Source: a virus. Taken from it: a stretch of 64,000 bases of DNA. Below the pieces are notes generated by a model. It was not told the origin of the DNA. It was given only the letters and a program-made list of their open reading frames with translations, and made no database searches. Positions 48,706-57,653 of this stretch are shown one piece after another. Each line of letters opens with the position of its first letter. Within the stretch, counting starts at the first letter, position 1. A program made the translations under genes and the position numbers. The stretch lies in the IMG/VR virus record IMGVR_UViG_3300032246_001368, positions 32,001 to 96,000 of that record, one strand, 5' to 3'.

Positions 48706-49182
48706 ATGAAAAAAATTGTAATCAATAAACAATTCGGCGGATTCGGATTATCCCCAGCGGGTCTTAAACGTTGGTGCGAACTCCAAGACAAAGAGTGTTA
48801 CTTCTTTAAGAGGACAGATTTGAGTCCAGAAGGTTCGTATGAGCCCATTACAGAAGAAGAAGCTAGAGAACAAAAACTATTTTGGAGTGCCTTTAATGTT
48901 CCTAATCCAAATGAAGTACTGCCAGATCAATCCAATTTCTATGAAATGTCTTTAGAAGAAAGAGCATCTTCCAATGCAGAATATGAGAAATACAGAGTAA
49001 GCGACAGAGACATACCTCGTGATGACAAGTATCTCATTCAAGTAGTTAATGAACTTAAAAAGAATGCTAATGGTTTTGCTGCAGATCTTAAAGTGGTTTC
49101 TATTCCAGATGATGTTGATTGGGTTATAGAAGATTATGACGGATCAGAACACATTGCCGAAGTCCATAGAACCTGGTGTTAA
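48706..49182 (+). CDS. Conserved phage protein (KIVINxxxGGFxLS family), copy 1
   Basis: MKKIVINKQFGGFGLS...RDDKYLIQVV...IPDDVDWVIEDYDGSEHI. Confidence 0.75.
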   Translation: MKKIVINKQFGGFGLSPAGLKRWCELQDKECYFFKRTDLSPEGSYEPITEEEAREQKLFWSAFNVPNPNEVLPDQSNFYEMSLEERASSNAEYEKYRVSDRDIPRDDKYLIQVVNELKKNANGFAADLKVVSIPDDVDWVIEDYDGSEHIAEVHRTWC

Positions 49183-49185
49183 AAA

Positions 49186-49431
49186 ATGAAAATCCTATTA
49201 TCACTCTTGTTATTACCTTTTGTAGGTTGTACGACAGTATATAAAGTAGATGAGAAAGGTGTATGTAGAGCACCAAGTGGCCAGGTAGTTAATATTGAAG
49301 ATATTGAGCCATGTTGCTTTGATAGGTCTTCAGAGTCTGTAGGAGACCCATCAACTTATACCAAGTCAACAATGACTGATATGAAGTATTGGTTGAGGAC
49401 ACAGGGTGGTTCAACAGCGTATGGTTGGTAA
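49186..49431 (+). CDS. Small lipoprotein
   Basis: MKILLSLLLLPFVG-C lipobox. Confidence 0.6.
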   Translation: MKILLSLLLLPFVGCTTVYKVDEKGVCRAPSGQVVNIEDIEPCCFDRSSESVGDPSTYTKSTMTDMKYWLRTQGGSTAYGW

Positions 49432-49432
49432 T

Positions 49433-49669
49433 ATGAGCATTTTTATACCAAACACAGCTATACCAGCAAAAAAATACTTCTGCTTTAACTTGCTGAACAA
49501 TAAGCTTGTTATTGGCTTTTGGGGTATTCCTGATGCTTTGTCTTTTAAATTTCCAAAGTTGACTACTTTTAATTGTACAGCCTATTCAAAGTTTGGAATT
49601 AGATGGAAGAAGCTTTTATTTGAGATTGTTTGGAATAAAAGACATAATTCTCTTGACACCTCCTCCTAA
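49433..49669 (+). CDS. Hypothetical protein
   Basis: Start MSIFIP; inside the CG-free island. Confidence 0.45.
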   Translation: MSIFIPNTAIPAKKYFCFNLLNNKLVIGFWGIPDALSFKFPKLTTFNCTAYSKFGIRWKKLLFEIVWNKRHNSLDTSS

Positions 49670-49687
49670 AGCATATAGAATAAGATT

Positions 49688-50074
49688 ATGAAAACAAATA
49701 AGTTTGAGTTACTTAAGTCTCCTTTATTGCACTTTAAGTGGATAGGGTTTAAAGACATTATTACTACTAAAGTAGTGTTCAATTGTTACTATATTAGGTA
49801 TTCTAATTTTTTAACAATAGCACTTGGGCCTATAGAATTTGGTTTTAGAATGCCTTGGTTAAAATACAATATCTGGATAAAAGGATATGAAGCTGGATAT
49901 AAAGATGGATGGGATTCTGGTGTAAAGGCTGAGTGGATAATTGTTAAAGATCTAGAGGAAGTAGAAAAACAAAAAGTTAAAGGTGCAGATAGAGAGCTGG
50001 AAATGAGACTTGAAATTAAAAAGCAATTAGCTAATGCACAATGCACTATTGTTGATACTAGAGAGTTTAAATAA
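49688..50074 (+). CDS. Hypothetical protein
   Basis: Directly behind the repeat promoter. Confidence 0.55.
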   Translation: MKTNKFELLKSPLLHFKWIGFKDIITTKVVFNCYYIRYSNFLTIALGPIEFGFRMPWLKYNIWIKGYEAGYKDGWDSGVKAEWIIVKDLEEVEKQKVKGADRELEMRLEIKKQLANAQCTIVDTREFK

Positions 50075-50118
50075 GCTTGACACCTCCTCCTAAAGCATAT
50101 AGAATAAGGTTATAAATA

Positions 50119-50583
50119 ATGAAAATTGTAATTAATAAATGTCATGGTGGATTTGAACTGTCACCTGTTGGTCTTAAAAGATATACAGAACTGAAAGGTA
50201 TTAAATGCTTCTTCTTTGGTATGAACATTAAAGATAATGAATACATTCCTTTAACTATTGAGGAAGCATCAGAAACATCATTTTGGACAGCTTTTAGTGT
50301 TCCTAATCCAGAAAAAGTTTTACCAGACCAATCTAAGTTTTTTCAGTTGTCACTGGAAGAGAGAAAGGCATCTAATAGGCTGTATGACAAATACAGTATT
50401 AGTAAAGGAAATATTAAAAGGAATGATCTTTATCTCATTATGGTTGTTGAAGAGTTGGGTGAAAAGGCCAATGGGAGGCATTGTGAACTGAAAATTGTTG
50501 AAATACCAGATGATGTTGATTGGGAGATTACTGAATATGATGGTTTAGAACAAATCTCTGAGAAACACAGAATATGGAAATAA
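50119..50583 (+). CDS. Conserved phage protein (KIVINxxxGGFxLS family), copy 2
   Basis: Aligns end to end with 48706..49182. Confidence 0.75.
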   Translation: MKIVINKCHGGFELSPVGLKRYTELKGIKCFFFGMNIKDNEYIPLTIEEASETSFWTAFSVPNPEKVLPDQSKFFQLSLEERKASNRLYDKYSISKGNIKRNDLYLIMVVEELGEKANGRHCELKIVEIPDDVDWEITEYDGLEQISEKHRIWK

Positions 50584-50587
50584 GATT

Positions 50588-51046
50588 ATGAACACAGAAG
50601 AATTTAACAAAGCAATTAAACCATTATCAGATAAATGGACAGATGATTTAGTCAAAGATGGATTAATCTATAAAAGCAAAACTCCTAGAACAGATGAAGC
50701 TGAACCTAAAATACAATTTATTAAAGGTGGTTGGGTTAGATCAGATTTTGCAAGAGAACTGGAACTTGAATTAAATGCTCTTAAAAAAGAACTAGATAAC
50801 TCAAAGTTTGGTTCTCAATGTAGTGTTCATGAACTTGAATATGATAGAAAGACTCTTATAAAGGAAAATGAAGTACTTTGGTCTAGACTTGATAAAGAGA
50901 TGGAAGCAGAGCAATTACTCGGAGCAGTAATTCAGATTGCAGAAGATCTGATTGAAGCATGTGGAACAGTTGAACCCTATAAATTCGCACAAAAAAAGAA
51001 ATCACAACTCGACCAGATAAAAGCAACCCTAAAAAATGTAGAATAA
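50588..51046 (+). CDS. Hypothetical protein (TPRTD...FARELE motif)
   Basis: KTPRTDEA...VRSDFARELELELN, a common small-phage-protein pattern. Confidence 0.55.
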   Translation: MNTEEFNKAIKPLSDKWTDDLVKDGLIYKSKTPRTDEAEPKIQFIKGGWVRSDFARELELELNALKKELDNSKFGSQCSVHELEYDRKTLIKENEVLWSRLDKEMEAEQLLGAVIQIAEDLIEACGTVEPYKFAQKKKSQLDQIKATLKNVE

Positions 51047-51228
51047 GATTATGAATGATAAAGAATCAGTCTATGTGACAATTAAATTTACTGAAAGTAA
51101 ACCACTCAAAATTATGAAATTTCTTTTAAAGGGAATATTTGAAGTCTTTAAAGGAATTGGGTTAATTTTTACATATAATTCAAAATAATTTTCTTGCATT
51201 GTCCTAAAATTTCTAATATACTGATAGT

Positions 51229-51633
51229 ATGAAAATTAAAGCTGTAATCAACTACCCACTTATCACCGAAGATTCAAAGGGAAATGTAGTCTATCGCAAG
51301 GACTCAAATGGGTTTGAAATTTGGCAGGAATATGATGAGAATAATAATAGAATTCATCGCAAGGACTCAAATGGGTTTGAAATTTGGTATGAATATGATG
51401 AGAATCATAATATAATTTATCGCAAGGACTCAAATGGGTTTGAAATTTGGCAGGAATATGATGAGAATCATAATATAATTTATCGCAAGGACTCTGAAGG
51501 ATTTGAAGATTGGACTTGGTATGATTCAGAAGGATATAAAATTCCTAATCCGAACCTAGTAACAGAAGTCACTTTTGATGACATTGCTAAGAAGTTTGGT
51601 GTTGATGTAAAAAATTTGAAGATTAAGAAGTAG
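51229..51633 (+). CDS. Repeat protein with 21-aa units RKDSNGFEIWxEYDENxNxIx
   Basis: 63-bp period (CGCAAGGACTC at 51295, 51358, 51421, 51484). Confidence 0.75.
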   Translation: MKIKAVINYPLITEDSKGNVVYRKDSNGFEIWQEYDENNNRIHRKDSNGFEIWYEYDENHNIIYRKDSNGFEIWQEYDENHNIIYRKDSEGFEDWTWYDSEGYKIPNPNLVTEVTFDDIAKKFGVDVKNLKIKK

Positions 51634-51672
51634 CTTGACACCTCCTCCTAAAGCATATAGAATACATAAATC

Positions 51673-51942
51673 ATGAAAAGAAAAATAGTATATAGAATTG
51701 CAGAACTTGGTGGGTATTATTATCCACAACAAAAACTTAACCAAGGATTATTTAATAAATGGGAATGTATGTTCAGAAGCATACCAGAATTTTATTTGCC
51801 TAGTGGTGATAATGTATTACCAGTTATAAAATTTAAGACTGAAAAAGAAGCTATGGACTTTATTATAATTCTTAAAGATGGTGAAGATGAAATTCTAAAT
51901 GTTGTTTGGACTGATTGTACTTGTGATTCTTGTAAAGAATAG
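51673..51942 (+). CDS. Hypothetical protein
   Basis: Sits exactly between two copies of the 26-bp repeat. Confidence 0.55.
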   Translation: MKRKIVYRIAELGGYYYPQQKLNQGLFNKWECMFRSIPEFYLPSGDNVLPVIKFKTEKEAMDFIIILKDGEDEILNVVWTDCTCDSCKE

Positions 51943-51978
51943 CTTGACACCTCCTCCTAAAGCATATATAATAGACTT

Positions 51979-52191
51979 ATGAATAAAAAAGCTATCGCCG
52001 AACATTTTCTCAACCCCAACCAACCCAACCCCATACCTATGCCTCCTACATCCTTTCCTATTGCTAAAGCCACAGCCTTGAATCTTTTCAAAGTATTTGG
52101 TTATACATACACAATCTTCTGTGTAATCTATGTCACTCTTTCTATATTATTCTCTACTGCCTATCAGATCGGTAAATTCTTTAGCCATTAA
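51979..52191 (+). CDS. Small membrane protein
   Basis: C-terminal hydrophobic helix. Confidence 0.5.
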   Translation: MNKKAIAEHFLNPNQPNPIPMPPTSFPIAKATALNLFKVFGYTYTIFCVIYVTLSILFSTAYQIGKFFSH

Positions 52192-52381
52192 TTGTGACCC
52201 GACGAGAATTTAAAAAGAAACATAATGCTCTGACCAAAGAGCTACAAAAGATGCTTGATGGTATTATAAAAGCCAACGAGCATATTAACAATCTCAGGCA
52301 TCACGAGAATCTTATCCTAAATAAGATAAGAGAATTAGAGGATACCTATTATAAATAATTTTATAACTCCTTACAAATCAT

Positions 52382-52627
52382 ATGAATACAAATCACAAAC
52401 TATTTAAACGACCCGCTGTTGGCATTAGTAAAAAGTGTTACAAGATCCTAGACGAAGGTATGGTGGCTCTACAAGGCAACTGCCCGTTGACCCTGTTACA
52501 TCGTAAGTTCCTACTGCATAACCTGATTAATAAATCTTATCAACTTGGTTATGAAAGAGCACTCAAGAAGTATAAGATCAAACAAGAGACCGTCTGGAGT
52601 CGTATCCTCAGGTACTTTTCTTTCTAA
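52382..52627 (+). CDS. Hypothetical protein
   Basis: 81-aa ORF. Confidence 0.45.
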   Translation: MNTNHKLFKRPAVGISKKCYKILDEGMVALQGNCPLTLLHRKFLLHNLINKSYQLGYERALKKYKIKQETVWSRILRYFSF

Positions 52628-52676
52628 TATCCCTTATTAGAGGGAGGTTCCCTTCCAAAGCCTTTATAATAAGAAC

Positions 52677-53096
52677 ATGAACAATGAATTAGAAATGATT
52701 ATTGCGGCTCGGGACCTAGCATTTGAGTCGCATAAGGGACAGTTTAGAAGGGACGGTAAGACTCCTTATTTCAATCATGTGGCGGCGGTATCTCTTATGG
52801 TTGATCCTAACAACCCAGATAATGTTACCACGGCCTTCCTCCATGACATCTTGGAAGATACCCCTTTGTCCTCTAAGACCCTGAGCGACATGGGATTCCC
52901 AGACCGTATTGTAGAGGCCGTATTGCTTCTCACCCGGTTCGATCATGATCCTTATATGGACTATCTTAAGGGTATTAAGGCCAATCCTATTGCCCGTGCC
53001 GTTAAGATTGCCGACATGAAACACAATCTCAGCTGTGATCCTACCGTCAAACAAAAGGAAAAGTATGCCAAAGGCCTCGAATATCTCCAGTCCTAA
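52677..53096 (+). CDS. HD-domain (p)ppGpp hydrolase-like protein (small alarmone hydrolase/Mesh1-like)
   Basis: AFESHKGQFRRDGKTPYFNH, FLHDILEDT, VKIADMKHN motifs of the RelA/SpoT hydrolase domain. Confidence 0.85.
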   Translation: MNNELEMIIAARDLAFESHKGQFRRDGKTPYFNHVAAVSLMVDPNNPDNVTTAFLHDILEDTPLSSKTLSDMGFPDRIVEAVLLLTRFDHDPYMDYLKGIKANPIARAVKIADMKHNLSCDPTVKQKEKYAKGLEYLQS

Positions 53097-53619
53097 GAAG
53101 ACCCTAAGAGACTACGAAGAGCTCTTTCAACCCGATTATACCCCAAAGGACCTAGAGTCTCTTGGGGTATTTGATGAGCTCTACTATAGGACCAAACCTA
53201 GACTGGCCAGCTGGGGACACTGGAAACCTGAATGGCTCCATCCTGAAGACAAGTATGGATTCCTCGAATGGTATACCAAGTACTACTATGGTAGGCGAAT
53301 GGCAGACGATGAAAGACAGCTAAAGCGTTGGTACGGATATAAGGTAAGAGCCAGCGGACTCCTGAGATATAAGCCTACTCCCCGAAGCGCCTTTGCTCTA
53401 AGAAACTGGGCCATCAATCCCCTGCTCCAATTACCTAATATCCAAGATCGCGATATATTACATGCCAAGATGGAAGCCTATAAGGCAGAGATCTATAGTA
53501 CCATAAAGCCCGACAGAGACTATCAGTACGACTTTAAACTCCATGGCTTCAATGTAGACAGAATAAGAATGCAGTATGAGAAGCCCTTCGATTCCTATAT
53601 GAACAAGGTATCTTCCTAA
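53065..53619 (+). CDS. Conserved hypothetical protein (F-x-P-x-x-T-P ... WY-x-x-YY-x-GRR-x-x-DD-x-RQ-x-x-RW family)
   Basis: FQPDYTPKDL...DKYGFLEWYTKYYYGRRMADDERQLKRW. Confidence 0.6.
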   Translation: MPKASNISSPKKTLRDYEELFQPDYTPKDLESLGVFDELYYRTKPRLASWGHWKPEWLHPEDKYGFLEWYTKYYYGRRMADDERQLKRWYGYKVRASGLLRYKPTPRSAFALRNWAINPLLQLPNIQDRDILHAKMEAYKAEIYSTIKPDRDYQYDFKLHGFNVDRIRMQYEKPFDSYMNKVSS

Positions 53620-53921
53620 GTATTTTTATATCATGGAAACCCCCGACCTCTATAAGCTAGTAGAAACATTAAGAAAGAACAACAAGACCGATCAATATAT
53701 AATAGAAGTATTGGTTAGTATCATCAAACAGTATATGACGGCCGGGGGATCTTTATCAGATATTATCAACTACCAATTCTATATGGCTAATAAAGAATCA
53801 AGGTAATATAAAGATAGTTAATAGTAATAATTTAATAGCACACCCCGATTTAATACAACATGATGTTCTATTAACGCGTTTTTATTATCAAACCTCAGTA
53901 GAAATACCCCCTTTTATTAAC

Positions 53922-53976
53922 AAAAAGTTATTAAAAATAAAGAAAAAGTTATTAAAAATAAAGAAAAAGTTATTAA
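53922..53976 (+). repeat. 21-bp AT-rich tandem repeat (AAAAAGTTATTAAAAATAAAG), about 3 copies
   Basis: AAAAAGTTATTAA at 53922, 53943, 53964. Confidence 0.85.
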
Positions 53977-54386
53977 TTCCCGGGAACTAATATTAGTAAC
54001 AATATAGTATATATAAGAAGAAAACATATATAGAACTACTGTATTGTAGAATACAATATAGTTAATAACATACTTTATATAGAGAGAATAAAGAAAATAC
54101 ATAGATAATCTCTATAGAACAACTCTTTAATAGGCCTTTATAATACCTTAGGGAGAACAAAGGAATCAGAAACAAGGGAAAGTAATAAGAAGACTATATA
54201 AAGGATCTAATAAGGTCTAAAGGGGTATAATAAGAATCCTAAGGAATAAAGGGTTAATAAAGTGTATAAACCTTCCGCCCCCCAATTTTTCCCACAGACC
54301 AAATTAATTTTATAGGAATTTTTGGGAAAGGGCAAGCAAAAAAGCAGGATATTAGGGAACACCCACCCAGCACAGGGGGTATTCAG

Positions 54387-54470
54387 TAACGACCGGTTGT
54401 TAACTTTTTAACGACCGGTCCATATCTTTTTTAACGACCGGTTGTTAACTTTTTTAATGACCGGTCGGTA
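54387..54470 (+). repeat. Four phased TAA(C/T)GACCGGT motifs, iteron-like
   Basis: Starts at 54387, 54409, 54432, 54455 (22-23 bp spacing). Confidence 0.85.
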
Positions 54471-54692
54471 TAGAACGCGCATACCTATATACTAATATAC
54501 CCCCTGAGGAAACTCACGCCAAAAATTGAGGCTTGACCTTTCCAGAGAATTCCTATATACTTCCCTGGGTGCAGCCGGCATTTGGGGTCCAGTTCAATTA
54601 TATAGGATAATAGGGGAAAGGTCCCGCCTCAAAGGCGCTAGGAATCAGAGCAGCCTCGGTGGCTTGCGTATCAGTCATACGCTCCATTTTTA

Positions 54693-55280
54693 TTATACTT
54701 TTAGTATAGAGGAATTAGAGGGAAAGGTCCCGCCCTTTTTACAATTATCTTCGCCCCAAAGAGGTTGTAGGTTAGTATAATGGAAACACTCTTTCTTTTG
54801 GGACTCTTCAAATAGATTAAACATACAACAAGGCTTGATATGATCTACATGCCACACCCCATAGTTATCCCAAGACATACCCTCTGTGAATTGTGACTCT
54901 AGGTGTTTCTTTAAAAAGGATAGGGAACAACCCACTAGGTCCTCGGTTCTAAGGGTGTTTGATTTCTGTTTAATAACCTGTCTCAGACGATGTCTAAGGC
55001 CCTTTCTAAGTCTATAGGTTATATTGGTTTTATTTAATTCCCTTTCTTTCTCTTTAACATAGGGTCTATTGCGGTAAGCTTTTCTATATCCCTTACGGTT
55101 AGGGGATCGTTCTCTTTGGTATTCTCTTAGTTTCTCCTTATTATTCTTTTCATAGAGGGAATGATAGGATTTCTTACACACCTTACACTTACTCATATAG
55201 CCGGTTACATTTCTTCTGTCTTTAAAAAATTCTTCCACCGGCTTTTCTGTCTGGCAATTACCACAAAATTTTGTTATCAT
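54693..55280 (-). CDS. Free-standing HNH homing endonuclease with N-terminal Zn ribbon
   Basis: CGNC...CKVC; HLESQFTEGMSWDNYGVWHVDHIKPC...HYTNLQPLW...N; TAAGTA late motif before ATG 55280. Confidence 0.85.
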   Translation of the reverse strand: MITKFCGNCQTEKPVEEFFKDRRNVTGYMSKCKVCKKSYHSLYEKNNKEKLREYQRERSPNRKGYRKAYRNRPYVKEKERELNKTNITYRLRKGLRHRLRQVIKQKSNTLRTEDLVGCSLSFLKKHLESQFTEGMSWDNYGVWHVDHIKPCCMFNLFEESQKKECFHYTNLQPLWGEDNCKKGGTFPSNSSILKV

Positions 55281-55489
55281 AATAGTACTTATCCCCAACC
55301 CTCATTTAATCAAGACAAGTGCCAGTCCCCTACCCTCGGGGTTCTATCCCCTGTTAGCCCTGAGTCACGATCGAGGCTCTCGTTGTTTTGATTATGTATA
55401 TAGTATATCTGATTATGGGGGAAACCTCCAGCCTATAGCTTTCCCAGAATCTTCTTTTCTTTTCCCACAATCGCTATTATAATAAGGGC

Positions 55490-55699
55490 ATGAAAAACAA
55501 AAACACACCTATTGAAGGTTCTATCATGGAAGGCGTCTCTGTTCGTACTGGTGTTCACAAGTATGATGATAAGAATAGGACGGTAGTAGAATTGACCTTT
55601 AATAGTTACAATTGTTCCTATGTTCAAGTTATTGACCTAGTAACCGCGGCGAGTCTTATTAAACAGCTTAGGGAACAAGGTATTAGCCAGGCTGATTAG
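55490..55699 (+). CDS. Early hypothetical protein
   Basis: Behind a TTTCCC...TATAAT promoter. Confidence 0.55.
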   Translation: MKNKNTPIEGSIMEGVSVRTGVHKYDDKNRTVVELTFNSYNCSYVQVIDLVTAASLIKQLREQGISQAD

Positions 55700-55736
55700 T
55701 CTTGAGATTACCCCCAATAACCTATATACTAATAGT

Positions 55737-55910
55737 ATGAACAATAAGAACACCGTAAAGGATATCGTCGATCATCTGGAGTCCAAGGATATGTCCAAGG
55801 ACTTCATCATTGGAACCCTGATGGCCATGCTCGATGGTCTCACCTATGAGTATAGTGGGACCGCGCAGCAGACCATCGATAGTTACATCAACCGCTACGT
55901 CAACAACTAA
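55737..55910 (+). CDS. Small early protein (MNNKNTVKDIVDHLES...), below the ORF-track cutoff
   Basis: ATG 6 nt after TATACT. Confidence 0.55.
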   Translation: MNNKNTVKDIVDHLESKDMSKDFIIGTLMAMLDGLTYEYSGTAQQTIDSYINRYVNN

Positions 55911-55952
55911 TAGGGATTGACCTTTCCCCCTAAACCCTAGATAATAATAACA

Positions 55953-56378
55953 ATGAAAAACACCACCTCGTTTGATCTCGACACCATCTCCTCTTACGAT
56001 AGCCTCCAGAAGGCTGCTAGGGCTCGTTGTAAACATACTAGCAGGGAGGGCAATGTAGGCCTTACCTTCTCTATCTTTGAAAGCGCTTATGGTTGTCCTA
56101 TTAAGGGAGACTGGGTAGTTCGCCATCCTGATATCTTTGATGAGGGAGCGGTATTCGAAGGCAAGTGTGTCTTTGTTACCGATTACTGGAGGGTATCTGA
56201 GAATGAGGTATTCAGCGAGCCTATGGAGAATCCTACCTGGAGCGATATCATTAGCGAATGTAATCGCCAGCTCATTGATCCAGAGGACGGTAGTACCGCT
56301 TGCCTCTTCCTTGAAGGCTTCTATGAGCTCGAGCCTAAAGACGGATGCCGAGTATTTGATATCTGTTGGGGCTCTTAA
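55953..56378 (+). CDS. Early hypothetical protein
   Basis: Own promoter; NPTWSDI...FLEGF. Confidence 0.6.
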   Translation: MKNTTSFDLDTISSYDSLQKAARARCKHTSREGNVGLTFSIFESAYGCPIKGDWVVRHPDIFDEGAVFEGKCVFVTDYWRVSENEVFSEPMENPTWSDIISECNRQLIDPEDGSTACLFLEGFYELEPKDGCRVFDICWGS

Positions 56379-56416
56379 GAGTTGATCTTTCCCCCATAAT
56401 CCATTATACTAATAGT

Positions 56417-56668
56417 ATGAAAAATAAAGCATACCAATTCACCGAGATGTCCGAAGAAGAGCGTTCCATGCATCTCTTCTATACGATCGAAGGAATGATC
56501 GAAAGCCTCCAGGAGATTAGCAATGAGATGGATCCTGAGTCTCCTACCGGATGCAGTCGCCTAGCCCTCATATCTGATATGGAAGAGAAGATAGAGGCTC
56601 TTTACAATCGAGTTCATAAGGACTTTATCTCTAACAAAACCAAGAACGCAATCGCCTACTCTATCTAA
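56417..56668 (+). CDS. Early hypothetical protein
   Basis: ATG 6 nt after TATACT. Confidence 0.6.
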   Translation: MKNKAYQFTEMSEEERSMHLFYTIEGMIESLQEISNEMDPESPTGCSRLALISDMEEKIEALYNRVHKDFISNKTKNAIAYSI

Positions 56669-56670
56669 AC

Positions 56671-56862
56671 ATGACCTATCGCCAATTCATTAAGCAGATG
56701 CAAGACCAGTACGAAGAGCATCTGGACGATCAAATGAAGCTGCAATCGACGCACGACAATGCGCTATACAGCGTTTTCTGCGGCCGAGTGGCACAGAGTG
56801 ACGCCCCTTACGATGACATCAAAGCTGATGATCTCATCATGATGATCGACAATTACAATTGA
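56671..56862 (+). CDS. Early hypothetical protein
   Basis: 63-aa coupled ORF. Confidence 0.5.
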   Translation: MTYRQFIKQMQDQYEEHLDDQMKLQSTHDNALYSVFCGRVAQSDAPYDDIKADDLIMMIDNYN

Positions 56863-56984
56863 TTGGGGGTTGACCTTTCCCCGGTAATCCCTTATTATAT
56901 ATACATGCTTAAGAAACACCACGGAGGTATAACCCTACGGTTTACCCGGAAATCCATTCGAGCAACCCTAACCCTTTCCTAGTA

Positions 56985-57653
56985 ATGAAGAAGAAGAAAC
57001 CTAAGAAGCTTTCCCGGAAACAAGCCATTGCCGATTCCCGGGTACCTGTAAAGATTTCCCGGAAACGTATCCCTAAGAGCGAGCGTATCAATAAGGCTAA
57101 CCAGTTCGAATACCTAGGAATCAATACCTGGGTAAAGACTTTCCAGGGAACTAACAAGTTTCCCCACAATAAGATTACCTGTGCTGAGTGTAGGCATAAT
57201 ACGGTTTCCATGTTTGGTAACCAGTTAGCCAATTACCTGGTAAAGTATAATGGAGATGTCTATAAGCTCCTCACAGAGTTTAAGTGCCGGCTATGTCGTT
57301 CCCTGGATAAGGAGAACATCAAGATCAAGGAGCCTAAGGTAGAGAAGGAAAAGAAAACCCAGGAAAAGGTATTCCTTTCCCCGGAAGAATGGGAGGCTCG
57401 TAAGGAGGAGGTCCGTAAGACCCTTCCTAAGATGAACCCTAACTACGAGACCGTTCAGATCGATCTTACTAAGGATAAGAAGATGTGTTCCCAGGTAACC
57501 GCTATGGCATGCTACCGTCCAGACATCTTCCTTGATCGTGGATGTGCCGAGTGTGTCCTGGCTAAGAACTGTGCCTGTCCTATTAAGGATCTCAATCGTA
57601 TTCCAGATAACCGTCCAAGGAAATTCAAGCGAGCAGTGACGAAAGCCGCTTGA
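56985..57653 (+). CDS. Basic Cys-rich (zinc-binding) protein
   Basis: CAEC, CRLC, CAEC...CAC clusters; Lys/Arg-rich termini. Confidence 0.6.
   Translation: MKKKKPKKLSRKQAIADSRVPVKISRKRIPKSERINKANQFEYLGINTWVKTFQGTNKFPHNKITCAECRHNTVSMFGNQLANYLVKYNGDVYKLLTEFKCRLCRSLDKENIKIKEPKVEKEKKTQEKVFLSPEEWEARKEEVRKTLPKMNPNYETVQIDLTKDKKMCSQVTAMACYRPDIFLDRGCAECVLAKNCACPIKDLNRIPDNRPRKFKRAVTKAA

Larger units (their letters stand above)
49652..51968 (+). repeat. Four identical copies of the 26-bp promoter CTTGACACCTCCTCCTAAAGCATATA
   Basis: Copies start at 49652, 50076, 51634 and 51943; each is TTGACA-N17-TAGAAT/TATAAT ahead of a gene. Confidence 0.9.

Noticed and set aside
51291-51500. DGR template/variable repeat pair
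   Set aside because: These are in-frame tandem repeats, differences are not confined to adenines, and there is no reverse transcriptase in the window.
49652-51968. 26-bp repeat as a CRISPR array or anti-Shine-Dalgarno decoy (contains CACCTCCT)
   Set aside because: Intervals are 0.3-1.5 kb and contain genes; the repeat is a -35/-10 promoter and CACCTCCT lies in its spacer; no cas genes are present.
53917-54102. 61-aa minus-strand ORF with LITFSLF repeats
   Set aside because: It is a translation of the 21-bp AT-rich DNA repeat with atypical composition.
54387-54470. Mini-CRISPR array
   Set aside because: The period is only 22-23 bp and the intervening sequences are short and repetitive, not unique spacers.
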